This document shows, in pieces, positions 9,367 to 19,193 of a stretch of 32,000 bases of DNA. The first letter of the stretch is position 1. Every line of letters starts with the position of its first letter. The stretch is from Acinetobacter wanghuae (GTDB lineage: Bacteria > Pseudomonadota > Gammaproteobacteria > Pseudomonadales > Moraxellaceae), in assembly GCF_009557235.1 (NCBI RefSeq), contig NZ_CP045650.1, positions 510,001-542,000 of the forward strand. The letters run 5' to 3'. Below the pieces are notes generated by a model. It made no database searches and had not been told where the DNA came from. It saw nothing but the letters and a program-made list of their open reading frames with translations. The position numbers and the translations under genes were made by a program.

Positions 9367-10176
9367 ATGATCAGTCTGAGTGATTTAAGACGATTTAAAG
9401 CCGAAGGCCGTAAATTTTCCTGTCTGACTTGTTACGATGCAAGTATGGCAAAAGCGTTTGAAATCGCGGAAATTGATAGTATTTTGATCGGCGATTCACT
9501 TGGAATGACCATTCAAGGTCATGATTCGACCTTACCTGTGACATTAGAGGATATGGCTTATCATACCGCTGCTGTACGCCGTAGCAATCAACATGCATTT
9601 ATCATGACTGATTTGCCATTTATGACCTATGCAACTTTAAACGATGCCTTGCAAAGCGCTAAGAAAGTGATGCAAGCAGGCGCGCAAATGGTCAAAATGG
9701 AAGGTGGGGCATGGCTTGCTGAAACGGTTGAAGTTTTGACGCGTAATGGTATTCCTATCTGTGTACACTTGGGGCTTACACCACAATCGGTACATGTGTT
9801 GGGTGGTTATAAACTACAAGCACGCAGTCGTGCTGCCGCAGATCAGTTGATTGCCGACTGTCAGGCAGTGGTTGCAGCGGGTGCTGCAATCCTGTTATTA
9901 GAGTGTGTACCTGCACAATTAGGTCAAGAAATTACTGAATTATTCCCACATATCCCAGTGATTGGAATTGGTGCGGGCGTAGACACCGATGGTCAAGTCC
10001 TTGTGGTGCAAGATATGCTTGGATTGAACTTTGGACATACCGCAAAATTCGTCCGCAACTTTATGACAGAACAATCAGGTGCGACCGCCATTGTGGATGC
10101 CATTAAAGCCTATCATGCAGCCGTTTTAGACAGCACTTTCCCAGCACCTGAACATACCTTCCAAGTTGAGTTGTAA
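9367..10176 (+). CDS. panB: 3-methyl-2-oxobutanoate hydroxymethyltransferase
   Basis: 269 aa with [26 protein letters not shown] and HLGLTPQS, which are PanB signatures. It lies immediately upstream of panC. Confidence 0.95.
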   Translation: MISLSDLRRFKAEGRKFSCLTCYDASMAKAFEIAEIDSILIGDSLGMTIQGHDSTLPVTLEDMAYHTAAVRRSNQHAFIMTDLPFMTYATLNDALQSAKKVMQAGAQMVKMEGGAWLAETVEVLTRNGIPICVHLGLTPQSVHVLGGYKLQARSRAAADQLIADCQAVVAAGAAILLLECVPAQLGQEITELFPHIPVIGIGAGVDTDGQVLVVQDMLGLNFGHTAKFVRNFMTEQSGATAIVDAIKAYHAAVLDSTFPAPEHTFQVEL

Positions 10177-10177
10177 C

Positions 10178-11023
10178 ATGAAAACAGAAACAACCATCCA
10201 AGGATTATCTGCATCGCTTAATCCTGCTCGTACAGCGCGTAAAATCATTGGTTTTGTGCCTACAATGGGTAATTTGCACCAAGGTCATTTAAACCTAGTT
10301 CGTGAAGCACGCAAAATTTGTGATGTGGTGGTGGTGAGTATTTTTGTGAATCCAATTCAATTTGGACCCAATGAAGACTTCGATAGCTATCCGCGTACTT
10401 TAGATCAAGATCAGCAGCTACTTGCAGACGTGGGCTGTGATATTGTCTTTGCCCCAAGTGTTGAGCAAATGTATGCGAAAAAACCACGGTTGACCAATAT
10501 TAGTGTTTCAGACATTACCGATGACCTATGTGGCTTACAACGTCCGGGGCATTTTGATGGCGTGGCTGTCGTTGTGACAAAACTATTTAACATCGTACAA
10601 CCAAACTATGCATTCTTTGGGCAAAAAGACTATCAACAATTGGCGGTCATTCGTCAGTTTGTGCAAGATTTAAATATTCCGCTCGAAGTAATTGGTGTGC
10701 CAATTGCACGTGCGGAAGATGGTTTGGCATTGAGTTCACGTAATGGTTATTTAAGTGCTGAACATCGTCAAATTGCACCGACCATTTATAAAAGCTTAAA
10801 AGCGGCAGAACTTGAGTTACAACAAGGGATTGGCTTAGATACTGTGTTGGCAAATATTCGTCAGACTTTAAGTGCTGCTGGTTTTGAAATTGATTACGTT
10901 GAAGCACGCACGCCTGAATTGCAAAAGATTGAAACGTTCAATCAAGATGTCGTGTTGTTCATTGCAGCAAAAATTGGTCAAACACGTCTCATTGATAATT
11001 TGCAGGTTAAGTTTAATCCATAA
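10178..11023 (+). CDS. panC: Pantoate--beta-alanine ligase
   Basis: Motifs are [15 protein letters not shown] (HIGH-like), [26 protein letters not shown] and SSRN. I prefer ATG 10178, 1 nt after the panB stop, over the track's upstream non-ATG start at 10166. Confidence 0.95.
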   Translation: MKTETTIQGLSASLNPARTARKIIGFVPTMGNLHQGHLNLVREARKICDVVVVSIFVNPIQFGPNEDFDSYPRTLDQDQQLLADVGCDIVFAPSVEQMYAKKPRLTNISVSDITDDLCGLQRPGHFDGVAVVVTKLFNIVQPNYAFFGQKDYQQLAVIRQFVQDLNIPLEVIGVPIARAEDGLALSSRNGYLSAEHRQIAPTIYKSLKAAELELQQGIGLDTVLANIRQTLSAAGFEIDYVEARTPELQKIETFNQDVVLFIAAKIGQTRLIDNLQVKFNP

Positions 11024-11047
11024 GTTGCTGCAGGGAGTGTGACACAG

Positions 11048-11899
11048 ATGAAACGCATTTTAATCGTGACCGGTCAATCTGGCTCAGGTAAATCATCAGC
11101 ATTACAAGTGCTTGAAGATTTGGGTTATTACTGTATCGATAATTTGCCGTTAGCATTGCTCCCTGAAATTGTGGCAAAACTTGATCTTGAAAATAATCTT
11201 GAATTGCTAGCACTTGGTGTCGATGTACGCAGTACGCGTGCCGACTTGCAAGCTTTTGATGATGTCTTTGAACAACTTCAAAAGCATGGTTCAGTGGATA
11301 TTATTTATCTGACCACGCAGGATCAGGAACTGATTCGACGCTTTAGTGCTTCGCGTCGTCCGCATCCATTGGCATCACGTTTTAAGAGTTTGGTGGAATG
11401 TATTGAAGAAGAGAAGAATCTTCTCATTCCAATCAAGTTTCGCTCTACGGTACATATCGATACCACTGATAAAAGTGTGCATGATTTAAAACACACCTTA
11501 TTACATAAGTTGGGTCAAAACGATAACCTGATTTTGATTTTACAATCTTTTGGTTATAAGCATGGCATTCCCCTCGATGCGGATTATGTATTTGATGTAC
11601 GTCATTTGCCTAATCCACATTGGAATTTAGAATTACGTGAATTTTCAGGCTTAGATCAACCTGTGCAAACCTTCTTAGAAGAAAGTGAGCAGGTCAATGA
11701 GATGTTTAATGACATCTATGGTTTTTTAAATAAGTGGTTGCCTGCATTTTCTGAAGGGCATCGTCATTATATGACGGTTTCAATTGGATGTACGGGTGGT
11801 CAACACCGTTCCGTTTATATTGTAGATAGACTAAAAAAAGCACTTGAGGCAAAATGGTCTATCCAAGTCCTACATAGAGAAATGAAGCACTGGTCATGA
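11048..11899 (+). CDS. rapZ: RNase adapter / P-loop NTPase RapZ (YhbJ)
   Basis: The N-terminus reads [34 protein letters not shown], and the C-terminus has [12 protein letters not shown] prefer ATG 11048 over the track's GTG 11039. Its stop overlaps the ptsO start (ATGA). Confidence 0.9.
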   Translation: MKRILIVTGQSGSGKSSALQVLEDLGYYCIDNLPLALLPEIVAKLDLENNLELLALGVDVRSTRADLQAFDDVFEQLQKHGSVDIIYLTTQDQELIRRFSASRRPHPLASRFKSLVECIEEEKNLLIPIKFRSTVHIDTTDKSVHDLKHTLLHKLGQNDNLILILQSFGYKHGIPLDADYVFDVRHLPNPHWNLELREFSGLDQPVQTFLEESEQVNEMFNDIYGFLNKWLPAFSEGHRHYMTVSIGCTGGQHRSVYIVDRLKKALEAKWSIQVLHREMKHWS

Positions 11900-12165
11900 T
11901 AGATACGACTGTTGACGTAATTAACAAACTGGGTTTACATGCGCGTGCATCTGGTAAGCTCATTGAGGTCACTACCAAGTTTCGCGCCAATATCCAGATT
12001 GGTAAGGCGGACAAATTGGTCGATGCAAAAAATATCATGTCTTTGCTGATGCTCGGTGCAGGCAAAGGAACAACTTTACGCTTGGTGATTGAAGGGAGTG
12101 ATGAGGAGAAAGCCTTATCTGAAATTCAAGCACTCTTTGCAGCAAAATTTTACGAGGCAGATTAA
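11896..12165 (+). CDS. ptsO: HPr-family phosphocarrier protein (NPr-like)
   Basis: 89 aa with the active-site context [13 protein letters not shown] (His15 equivalent) and [12 protein letters not shown]. Its position downstream of rapZ matches the rapZ-ptsO pair of enterobacteria. Confidence 0.85.
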   Translation: MIDTTVDVINKLGLHARASGKLIEVTTKFRANIQIGKADKLVDAKNIMSLLMLGAGKGTTLRLVIEGSDEEKALSEIQALFAAKFYEAD

Positions 12166-12167
12166 TC

Positions 12168-12704
12168 GTGGCACGTCGACCGCAACAGCGTTTTACTGAA
12201 GATGACTTTGAATCTTTAGAGGGGCGTGCAAGCAAAACCGAACAAAAGAAAGCAGTTCAGCGTATGGCTGCTTTAGGTGAACAACTTTCTGAATTAAGTC
12301 TAAAGCAAATTCAAAAGCTTCCGGTGGAAGAGCGTCTTATTGAAGCATTGGAAGATGTACGCAATATCACCTCAGGTGAAGCACGCCGTCGCCAATTTTT
12401 ACGTATTGGTAAACTTTTACGTAACGAAGATGAAAGTGTCATTTTATCTTACTTAACACCGCAGCAAGGTTTGAAGAAAACTGCACAGTTGCATCGTTGG
12501 GTCGATCGTATGATTGCTCAAGGCGATCCTGCGATTAAAGAATTTATGAAATCGCATAATGCGGCGGAACATCACCCAATTCGTCAGCATATTTTGCGTA
12601 TTCATCGTGATATCAACAAAAAATTACCTGAAGAGGACATTGCTGCATCGAAGTTGAAATTATTTAACTACATTCAGCAAGTGGCTTTAATTTCAGATAA
12701 TTAA
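12168..12704 (+). CDS. yjgA: Ribosome-associated protein YjgA/DarP (DUF615)
   Basis: 178 aa from a GTG start. SKTEQKKAVQRMAALGEQL...GEARRRQFLRIGKLLR matches my recollection of the YjgA family. Confidence 0.75.
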   Translation: MARRPQQRFTEDDFESLEGRASKTEQKKAVQRMAALGEQLSELSLKQIQKLPVEERLIEALEDVRNITSGEARRRQFLRIGKLLRNEDESVILSYLTPQQGLKKTAQLHRWVDRMIAQGDPAIKEFMKSHNAAEHHPIRQHILRIHRDINKKLPEEDIAASKLKLFNYIQQVALISDN

Positions 12705-12712
12705 TAAAGAAA

Positions 12713-12740
12713 AGAGTGATTGAAGAATCGCTCTTTTTTT
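12713..12740 (+). terminator. Rho-independent terminator after yjgA
   Basis: agagtgatt/aatcgctct forms a 9-bp stem (one G-U) with a gaag loop, followed by T7. Confidence 0.75.
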
Positions 12741-13254
12741 ATGTAAACAGTTTCATCTATACACCCATTGATTGTCATCTTTCGCCATGATTTTCTTTTT
12801 TTGTCATCATGGTTTTTCTATATGCCATATTTGAGAAATATATTGATATTAAAGTGAAAAAGCATCTAATAAAAATAAGAATAGATGAAGTGATTAATGA
12901 GAATAGCGCAGAGAAAGATCTTTATTCTTGCTGAGACTTTATCATAAGAAAAATAACTTCATTACAAATCAAAGGTGCAGTGTAAATAAGCTGTATATTT
13001 GGATACACCCCATTGCATATTTATGAATATTTATACAAAAAGTTAGTAAACTGTCACATTGCATCATTAATTAAATGCAGTAAATGTGTTATTTTTTCAG
13101 GGATATTATCATTTTGTAATGATATGTTAGGCGCTTTACAGATGAAATCCCCCTTTGGTCGCTTTGATATTTTTGGTCATTGAGAGAGTGGGGTGAGTTT
13201 GTTATTGATTGTAAATGTTTCATTGACCTATTAAAAATAATTAGAGAGGCAAGC

Positions 13255-14520
13255 ATGAAATTAAATCTTCTAGAGCTTGGTGATAAAACTGAGTTACTGG
13301 GCTCATGCCGCATTTCGCTCATTTTAGGGGTGCTTTCTTCTAATAATTTGGTCGATACTTTCTCAAAAATGGTGCGTAAACTTTTACGCGTGAGAAGCAG
13401 TATTTTGGGTTTTTATAACGAAGCTTATCTTTGGCATAGCTCGTCTGAAGGTTTTTATGCCATTCAAACCCCTGCAAATTTAGGCGTATGGACCTATTTA
13501 CAAAATCATGATTTTATTGATCCGACACATGCTGAATATTTAGGCTTATCGAGTTACCTGAAAAGTTTGGGTGTGACGCATGAGCGTATGGTCGCATTTA
13601 ACTTAAAAGTCAGTGACACGCATTCAGTTGGTCAAGTGATTTTCTATGATGATGACACTACAGCATTTGATCCTGAAGATTTAACGCTGGTTAAAGAATT
13701 TACTGAAGGCTTGGTCGGTCTCATTCGTTTGCATGAAAATTATAATGAGCTCAAAGAATTGTACGAGCAGCAATGTGCACTGAACTTTAGTAAAACCAAA
13801 TTTTTCCAAATTATCGCCCATGATTTACGAGCGCCATTTCATGGACTGCTCGGCTTTTCAGAAGTATTGGCACAAGAACGTGAGACTTTGGATGAGTCGA
13901 GTATTCAGAATATTGCCGATTATTTATATGACAATGCGCAATCGACCTATAATTTGCTTGAAAGCCTGTTAACGTGGGCAATGGCAGAAGGTGGTCGCTT
14001 TATTTACCATCCGATTAATTATGAGCTGAAACAATCGAGCAAGATTGTTTGTAGTGTATTGCAAAGCCTTGCATTAAATAAAAAAATTGAATTAATTGAT
14101 GATATTCCGAATGACATCAAAGTGCATGCGGATATCAATATGATTACCTCAGTCTTGCAAAACTTGGTTTCCAATGCGCTTAAATTTACCCCGATTGATC
14201 AAGGTGGAAAAGTGATTTTGGGTGCAGAAATGGAAGCTGATCAAGTGAAGATTGTGATTCAAGACACAGGCTTGGGCATGACTGAAGAACAGATGGAAAA
14301 TCTGTTTAAACCAACCCTGAAAGTGAGTGTTCGAGGTACAGCTGAAGAAAAAGGCGCAGGTTTAGGGCTGGTTTTATGTAAGCGCTTTGTCGATCTCAAT
14401 TTAGGCACAATTCATGTTGAATCGAAAGAGGGTAAAGGCACGAAGTTTTATGTCCATTTGCCAAAAGTGACCAGTGATCATCAGGTCTTGAATTTAGAAG
14501 CGCATCATGCGGAAAGTTAG
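13255..14520 (+). CDS. Soluble sensor histidine kinase, GAF-like N-terminal domain + HisKA + HATPase_c (no adjacent response regulator)
   Basis: The H-box is FFQIIAHDLRAPFHGLLGFSEVL, the N-box is LVSNALKFT, G1 is QDTGLGM and G2 is GAGLGLVLCKRF. The N-terminal ~190 aa has no TM segments and a GAF-like C-terminal pattern (VGQVIFYDDDTTAFDPEDLTLVKEF). I prefer ATG 13255, preceded by agagagg, over the track start at 13180. Confidence 0.85.
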   Translation: MKLNLLELGDKTELLGSCRISLILGVLSSNNLVDTFSKMVRKLLRVRSSILGFYNEAYLWHSSSEGFYAIQTPANLGVWTYLQNHDFIDPTHAEYLGLSSYLKSLGVTHERMVAFNLKVSDTHSVGQVIFYDDDTTAFDPEDLTLVKEFTEGLVGLIRLHENYNELKELYEQQCALNFSKTKFFQIIAHDLRAPFHGLLGFSEVLAQERETLDESSIQNIADYLYDNAQSTYNLLESLLTWAMAEGGRFIYHPINYELKQSSKIVCSVLQSLALNKKIELIDDIPNDIKVHADINMITSVLQNLVSNALKFTPIDQGGKVILGAEMEADQVKIVIQDTGLGMTEEQMENLFKPTLKVSVRGTAEEKGAGLGLVLCKRFVDLNLGTIHVESKEGKGTKFYVHLPKVTSDHQVLNLEAHHAES

Positions 14521-14602
14521 TCCTATTTTTTTAAGATAAATGTTCCTAGTGTTGTGTTACACCTGCTATAACTATGAAAAAAGTTAGAGTTAAGGGTCAA
14601 TC

Positions 14603-17356
14603 ATGAATGCGGAACAATTGCAGAAAACACTAAGAGCTAGTCAATACGCAGAACAGGTACTGAGTAATCATCAAAGTGTATTAGAACAAGATTATGCAAT
14701 TGACCAATTTGCGCTTGGCTTAAGTACTGAACAAATTTACGCGACTGTTCAACAAACGGTTGAACATCTTCAAGATGAAGCGGCATGGATGAGTGCACTA
14801 CGAATTTTGCGTGCTCGTCTTATGTTTCGCTGGATTTGGCAAGATGCTAATCAACTCACCAACGTTGTGACCTTAACCCGAGAACTTTCCGATTTTGCCG
14901 ATGCTTGTATCACGGCTGCCAAAGCATTCGCGCTGACGCCGTTGCTTGCTAAATATGGTGAACCGATCAGCTATAGCGGTAAAGTCCAAGAGCTGATTGT
15001 GATTGCGATGGGTAAGCTCGGGGCACAAGAACTAAATTTATCCAGTGACATCGACCTGATTTTTGCCTTTGATGAACAAGGCGAAACCGAGGGCGGTCGC
15101 AAATCCATAGACGTGCAGCAGTTTTGTATTCTTTGGGGGCAGAAACTGATTTATTTGCTCGATCACATTACTGCAGATGGTTTTGTATTTCGAGTCGATA
15201 TGCGATTGCGTCCATGGGGTGATGGTTCACCACTCGCGATCAGTCATGTGGCAATGGAGAAGTATTTAAGCCAACATGGTCGTGAGTGGGAGCGTTATGC
15301 ATGGATTAAAGCGCGTATTGTCAATCCTAGCCCAGCAGGCGATCAGTTGCTTGCAATGACACGTCCTTTTGTCTTTCGTAAATACGTCGATTACAGCGCA
15401 TTTGAGGCGATGCGTGAAATGAAAGCCATGATCGAACGTGAAGTTGCACGTCGTAATATTGAAGATGATATTAAGCTTGGTGCAGGTGGTATTCGAGAAA
15501 TTGAGTTTATTGTTCAGGTCTTCCAGCTGATTTACGGTGGTTCGAAACTCGAACTGCAAGATCGACAATGTCTGACCAGTTTGCATCATCTTGAAACTAC
15601 AGAAATGTTAGATTCAAAAGCAGTCAAAGACCTTGATGATGCTTATCTCTTTTTACGCCGTTTAGAACATGCCATTCAAGCGTTGAATGATCAACAAACT
15701 CAATCCTTACCGACAGAAGATGAGCCACGGCAACGTTTGGTAGATACGCTTGGATTTAAAGATTGGGATGATTTTATGGCAACGCTGAATGCCAAGCGTG
15801 CGAAAGTCATTTATCAATTTGAACATCTGATTCAAGAAAATGGACCAGATACCTTGGTCGAAAGTTTTTCGCATTTAGAAAAAAAATTGAATGAAGTACT
15901 CGATGATCCTGCGCGAAATTTAGTTTATGAGTTTTGGCATAGCCATGCCTTAAAAAAATTACCCGCCAAAGCAGTCGAACGTCTCAAAACATTCTGGCCA
16001 CATTTAGTCGAAGCCGTTTTAGATTCCGAAAATCCGCAAGTCGCTTTGGTTCGCCTTATGCCGTTGATCGAATCTGTGATGCGTCGTACTGTGTATTTGG
16101 TCATGTTGATTGAAAGCAAAGGTGCGCTACAACGTTTAGTCAAAATGGCAACGGTCAGTCCTTGGATCTGTGAAGAATTATCACAATATCCAGTGCTGCT
16201 TGATGAATTCTTGTCGATGGACTTTGAACTGCCTAAACGCCAAGATTTAGAGGATTCCTTGCGTCAGCAACTCTTGCGCATCGAAATTGATCAAATCGAA
16301 GATCAAATGCGGGTATTGCGTTTATTTAAAAAATCCAATGTTTTGGCGGTTGCAGCAAGTGATGTCTTGGCTGAAAGCCCTTTGATGAAAGTCTCTGATG
16401 CCTTAACTGATATTGCCGAAGTATCGGTCAATGCCACTTTGCATTTGGCTTATCAAATGGTGGCAAAACGTCATGGTTATCCACTTAATGCTGAAGGGCA
16501 ACGCTGTGCGATTGATCATATGGCATTTACTGTCATCGGTTATGGCAAAGTCGGCGGTATAGAGCTGGGTTATGGCTCGGACTTAGACTTAGTGTTTATT
16601 CACTTTATGGATGAACAAGCAGATACTGATGGTTTAAAGCCGATTAGTGGCTTTGAATTTGCCATGCGGGTCGCACAGAAGTTTATGTCGCTCATGACTA
16701 CACAAACCCTCGATGGGCGTGTCTATGAAGTCGATACACGTTTGCGTCCATCAGGCGAAGCCGGTTTGTTGGTGACGAGCTTAAAAGCATTTGCACAGTA
16801 TCAGCAAAAAAGTGCTTGGCTGTGGGAACATCAGGCTTTGGTACGTGCAAGACCGATTGCAGGAGATCTGTATCTTCGGGAAAAATTTGAAGTATTACGC
16901 TGTGATATTTTGACTCAGAAACGAGATGCATCTGCCGTGCGTACGGAAGTTTTAAAAATGCGTCAGAAGATGAAAGACCATCTTGGATCATCGCCTGATC
17001 AGAAAAAAGATGGAATTTTTCATTTAAAACAAGACGCAGGTGGTATCGTAGATATTGAATTTATGGCACAGTATGCGGTGTTGGCTTGGAGTGGGACGAA
17101 TAAAGATCTCGCCCATTTCTCCGACAATGTAAGAATTCTTGAGGATGCCGCAAAATCAGGTTGCTTACCCAGCGACGATGCGACTGCTCTGATTCAAGCT
17201 TATCTCCGTGAACGCGCCGAGAGCCACCGCTTAGCCCTTGCAAATCAATCCATGCAAGTGTCTGCAAGCGACTGGCACGATACCCGAATGACCGTTTACA
17301 AGTTATGGCAAAGACTAATTGATCCAAATGCAGTATTTGCATTGGATAGTGAATAA
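14603..17356 (+). CDS. glnE: Bifunctional glutamine synthetase adenylyltransferase/adenylyl-removing enzyme
   Basis: 917 aa with two nucleotidyltransferase modules (GKLGAQELNLSSDIDLIF...VDMRLRPWG and GYGKVGGIELGYGSDLDLVF...VDTRLRPSG). Confidence 0.95.
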   Translation: MNAEQLQKTLRASQYAEQVLSNHQSVLEQDYAIDQFALGLSTEQIYATVQQTVEHLQDEAAWMSALRILRARLMFRWIWQDANQLTNVVTLTRELSDFADACITAAKAFALTPLLAKYGEPISYSGKVQELIVIAMGKLGAQELNLSSDIDLIFAFDEQGETEGGRKSIDVQQFCILWGQKLIYLLDHITADGFVFRVDMRLRPWGDGSPLAISHVAMEKYLSQHGREWERYAWIKARIVNPSPAGDQLLAMTRPFVFRKYVDYSAFEAMREMKAMIEREVARRNIEDDIKLGAGGIREIEFIVQVFQLIYGGSKLELQDRQCLTSLHHLETTEMLDSKAVKDLDDAYLFLRRLEHAIQALNDQQTQSLPTEDEPRQRLVDTLGFKDWDDFMATLNAKRAKVIYQFEHLIQENGPDTLVESFSHLEKKLNEVLDDPARNLVYEFWHSHALKKLPAKAVERLKTFWPHLVEAVLDSENPQVALVRLMPLIESVMRRTVYLVMLIESKGALQRLVKMATVSPWICEELSQYPVLLDEFLSMDFELPKRQDLEDSLRQQLLRIEIDQIEDQMRVLRLFKKSNVLAVAASDVLAESPLMKVSDALTDIAEVSVNATLHLAYQMVAKRHGYPLNAEGQRCAIDHMAFTVIGYGKVGGIELGYGSDLDLVFIHFMDEQADTDGLKPISGFEFAMRVAQKFMSLMTTQTLDGRVYEVDTRLRPSGEAGLLVTSLKAFAQYQQKSAWLWEHQALVRARPIAGDLYLREKFEVLRCDILTQKRDASAVRTEVLKMRQKMKDHLGSSPDQKKDGIFHLKQDAGGIVDIEFMAQYAVLAWSGTNKDLAHFSDNVRILEDAAKSGCLPSDDATALIQAYLRERAESHRLALANQSMQVSASDWHDTRMTVYKLWQRLIDPNAVFALDSE

Positions 17357-17380
17357 TTGTGAAAAATTGGAGTTTGTGGC

Positions 17381-18307
17381 ATGAATTTGGCTGATCGTGA
17401 TGGTTTCATTTGGCAAGATGGACAACTAGTAGACTGGCGTGAGGCGAAAACTCACGTATTAACACATACATTGCATTACAGCATGGGTGTGTTTGAAGGC
17501 GTCCGTGCCTATGAAACTCCGAATGGAACGGCTATTTTCCGTCTAAAAGAACACACCAAGCGTTTGCTCAACTCTGCAAAAATTTATCAAATGAAAGTTC
17601 CATTTGATCATGCAACTTTAGAACAAGCGCAAATTGATGTGGTTCGTGAAAATAAATTAGCATCTTGCTATTTACGTCCAATTATCTTTATCGGTTCTGA
17701 AAAATTGGGTATTGCAGCGACTGATAATACGATTCATGCAGTTGTTGCTGCATGGAGCTGGGGGGCTTACCTTGGTGATGAAGCAATGGCGAAGGGGATT
17801 CGCGTGAAAACATCATCGTTTACGCATCATCATCCAAACGTAACGATGTGCAAAGCAAAAGCGTCTGGTAACTACACGTTATCGATTCTTGCCCATCAAG
17901 AAGTTGCGCATTCTGGTTATGACGAAGCAATGTTACTTGATCCACAAGGTTATGTTTGCCAAGGTTCAGGCGAAAACGTATTCTTGGTACGTGATGGCGT
18001 GATCCATACCCCTGATATCGCAGGTGGTGCGCTTGATGGGATTACCCGTCAAACCATCATTACTATTGCGAAAGATCTAGGTTATGACGTTGTTGAGCGT
18101 CGTATTACCCGTGATGAGTTCTATATTGCCGATGAAGCATTCTTCACAGGTACAGCAGCAGAAGTAACCCCAATTCGTGAATACGATGACCGTCAAATTG
18201 GTGAAGGCGTTCGTGGTCCAATCACAACACAAATCCAAAAAGCATACTTTGATGCGGTTCAAGGTAAAGACCCGAAATACGCACACTGGTTAACGTATGT
18301 AAAATAA
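17381..18307 (+). CDS. ilvE: Branched-chain amino acid aminotransferase (fold type IV PLP)
   Basis: 308 aa with HYSMGVFEGVRAY, YLRPIIFIGSE, KASGNY, GSGENVFLV and FFTGTAAEVTPI. Confidence 0.95.
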   Translation: MNLADRDGFIWQDGQLVDWREAKTHVLTHTLHYSMGVFEGVRAYETPNGTAIFRLKEHTKRLLNSAKIYQMKVPFDHATLEQAQIDVVRENKLASCYLRPIIFIGSEKLGIAATDNTIHAVVAAWSWGAYLGDEAMAKGIRVKTSSFTHHHPNVTMCKAKASGNYTLSILAHQEVAHSGYDEAMLLDPQGYVCQGSGENVFLVRDGVIHTPDIAGGALDGITRQTIITIAKDLGYDVVERRITRDEFYIADEAFFTGTAAEVTPIREYDDRQIGEGVRGPITTQIQKAYFDAVQGKDPKYAHWLTYVK

Positions 18308-18343
18308 TTTCTTAAACGAAATTGTCTTAGACTTTGTGTTTAG

Positions 18344-18370
18344 AAAACCTCTCAGTAGAGAGGTTTTTTT
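18344..18370 (+). terminator. Rho-independent terminator after ilvE
   Basis: The sequence is aaaacctctcagtagagaggttttttt. It forms a 6-bp GC-containing stem, extendable by A-U pairs, with T7. Confidence 0.8.
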
Positions 18371-18391
18371 ATGGATGACGCATCATTTTTT

Positions 18392-18420
18392 TTGAATTTG
18401 TGTCATCATATTCATATAGA
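18392..18420 (+). promoter_or_regulatory. Candidate sigma70 promoter for the outer-core cassette
   Basis: TTGAAT (18392-18397), a 17-nt spacer, then TATAGA (18415-18420). It lies 25 nt upstream of ATG 18446 and just downstream of the ilvE terminator, with a T8 run (18386-18393) abutting the -35. This is a pattern match only. Confidence 0.25.
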
Positions 18421-18445
18421 AAGCAGCTGTAGGTAAGCATACGCA

Positions 18446-19168
18446 ATGAGTAACATTGTTATATGTATGAAATGGGGAACCAAATATGGTTCCGAGTATG
18501 TCAATCGTTTATACAATATGGTGAAACGACACACTACAGTTGACTTTAAAATGGTATGTTTGACGGATCTTACAGAGGGTATTCATCCTGACGTACAATG
18601 TTTTCCTATTCCACCATTAGCGCTGCCTGAAGGTGCACCTGAACGTGGTTGGAATAAACTTTCAACTTTTGAACCAGATTTATATGGTCTAGAAGGCAAT
18701 GCACTTTTTCTCGATCTAGATGTCGTGATTGTCGATAATATCGATGAATTCTTTACCTATCCGGGTGATTTTCTGATTATTCATGACTGGAAACGTCCTT
18801 GGCGTATTACCGGTAATAGCTCGGTCTATCGCTTTAAATTGGGTGCTTTCCCAGGTCTATTGCCATATTTCCGTGAAAACTTTGATGAAATTCGTCAAAA
18901 GTTCCGCAATGAACAGGCATATTTGTCTTGGTATGTCGATAAACATGCCAAGCAAACTTACTGGCCTGAGAGTTGGTGTAAGAGCTATAAATATCATTGC
19001 CTACAAAAAATTCCGATGGCGTTCTTTAAGCCACCCGTCAAGCCTGAAGGCGCGAAAATTATTATTTTCCATGGTGAAATTAACCCACCTGATGCAGTCA
19101 ATGGTGGTGGTGGGAAATGGTATCGTTATGTGTTGCCATCAAAATGGATTAAGGATGCTTGGCAGTAA
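18446..19168 (+). CDS. Putative GT-A-type glycosyltransferase (DxD motif), first gene of outer-core cassette
   Basis: 240 aa, soluble, with ALFLDLDVVIVDNIDEFF (a hydrophobic-DxD nucleotide-sugar transferase signature). It is in the LOS locus context and has native-like G+C (28/60 at 18601-18660). The family assignment is tentative. Confidence 0.5.
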   Translation: MSNIVICMKWGTKYGSEYVNRLYNMVKRHTTVDFKMVCLTDLTEGIHPDVQCFPIPPLALPEGAPERGWNKLSTFEPDLYGLEGNALFLDLDVVIVDNIDEFFTYPGDFLIIHDWKRPWRITGNSSVYRFKLGAFPGLLPYFRENFDEIRQKFRNEQAYLSWYVDKHAKQTYWPESWCKSYKYHCLQKIPMAFFKPPVKPEGAKIIIFHGEINPPDAVNGGGGKWYRYVLPSKWIKDAWQ

Positions 19169-19193
19169 GCTGTCATAAATTGGTTTTTTGAAC

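Noticed and set aside
13093-13120. Fur-box-like AT-rich inverted repeat (gatattatcattttgtaatgatat) upstream of the kinase
   Set aside because: The best hand alignment to GATAATGATAATCATTATC matches only about 9 of 19 positions, and the 7-bp AT-only inverted repeat is expected by chance in about 28% G+C DNA.
13089-13322. 77-aa minus-strand ORF in the AT-rich region upstream of the kinase
   Set aside because: It overlaps the kinase start and RBS, and has no SD or recognisable features. I treat it as non-coding, though only transcript or Ribo-seq data could exclude it.
18421-18440. ops/JUMPStart-like element (agcagctgtaggtaagc) upstream of the outer-core cassette
   Set aside because: Only 6 of 8 positions match the ops core GGCGGTAG, and the JUMPStart context is absent. 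RfaH dependence in this lineage is not something I can assert.
18783-19178. 131-aa alternate-frame ORF inside the first glycosyltransferase gene
   Set aside because: It is on the same strand in a different frame, fully inside the 240-aa DxD protein ORF, and has no motifs.
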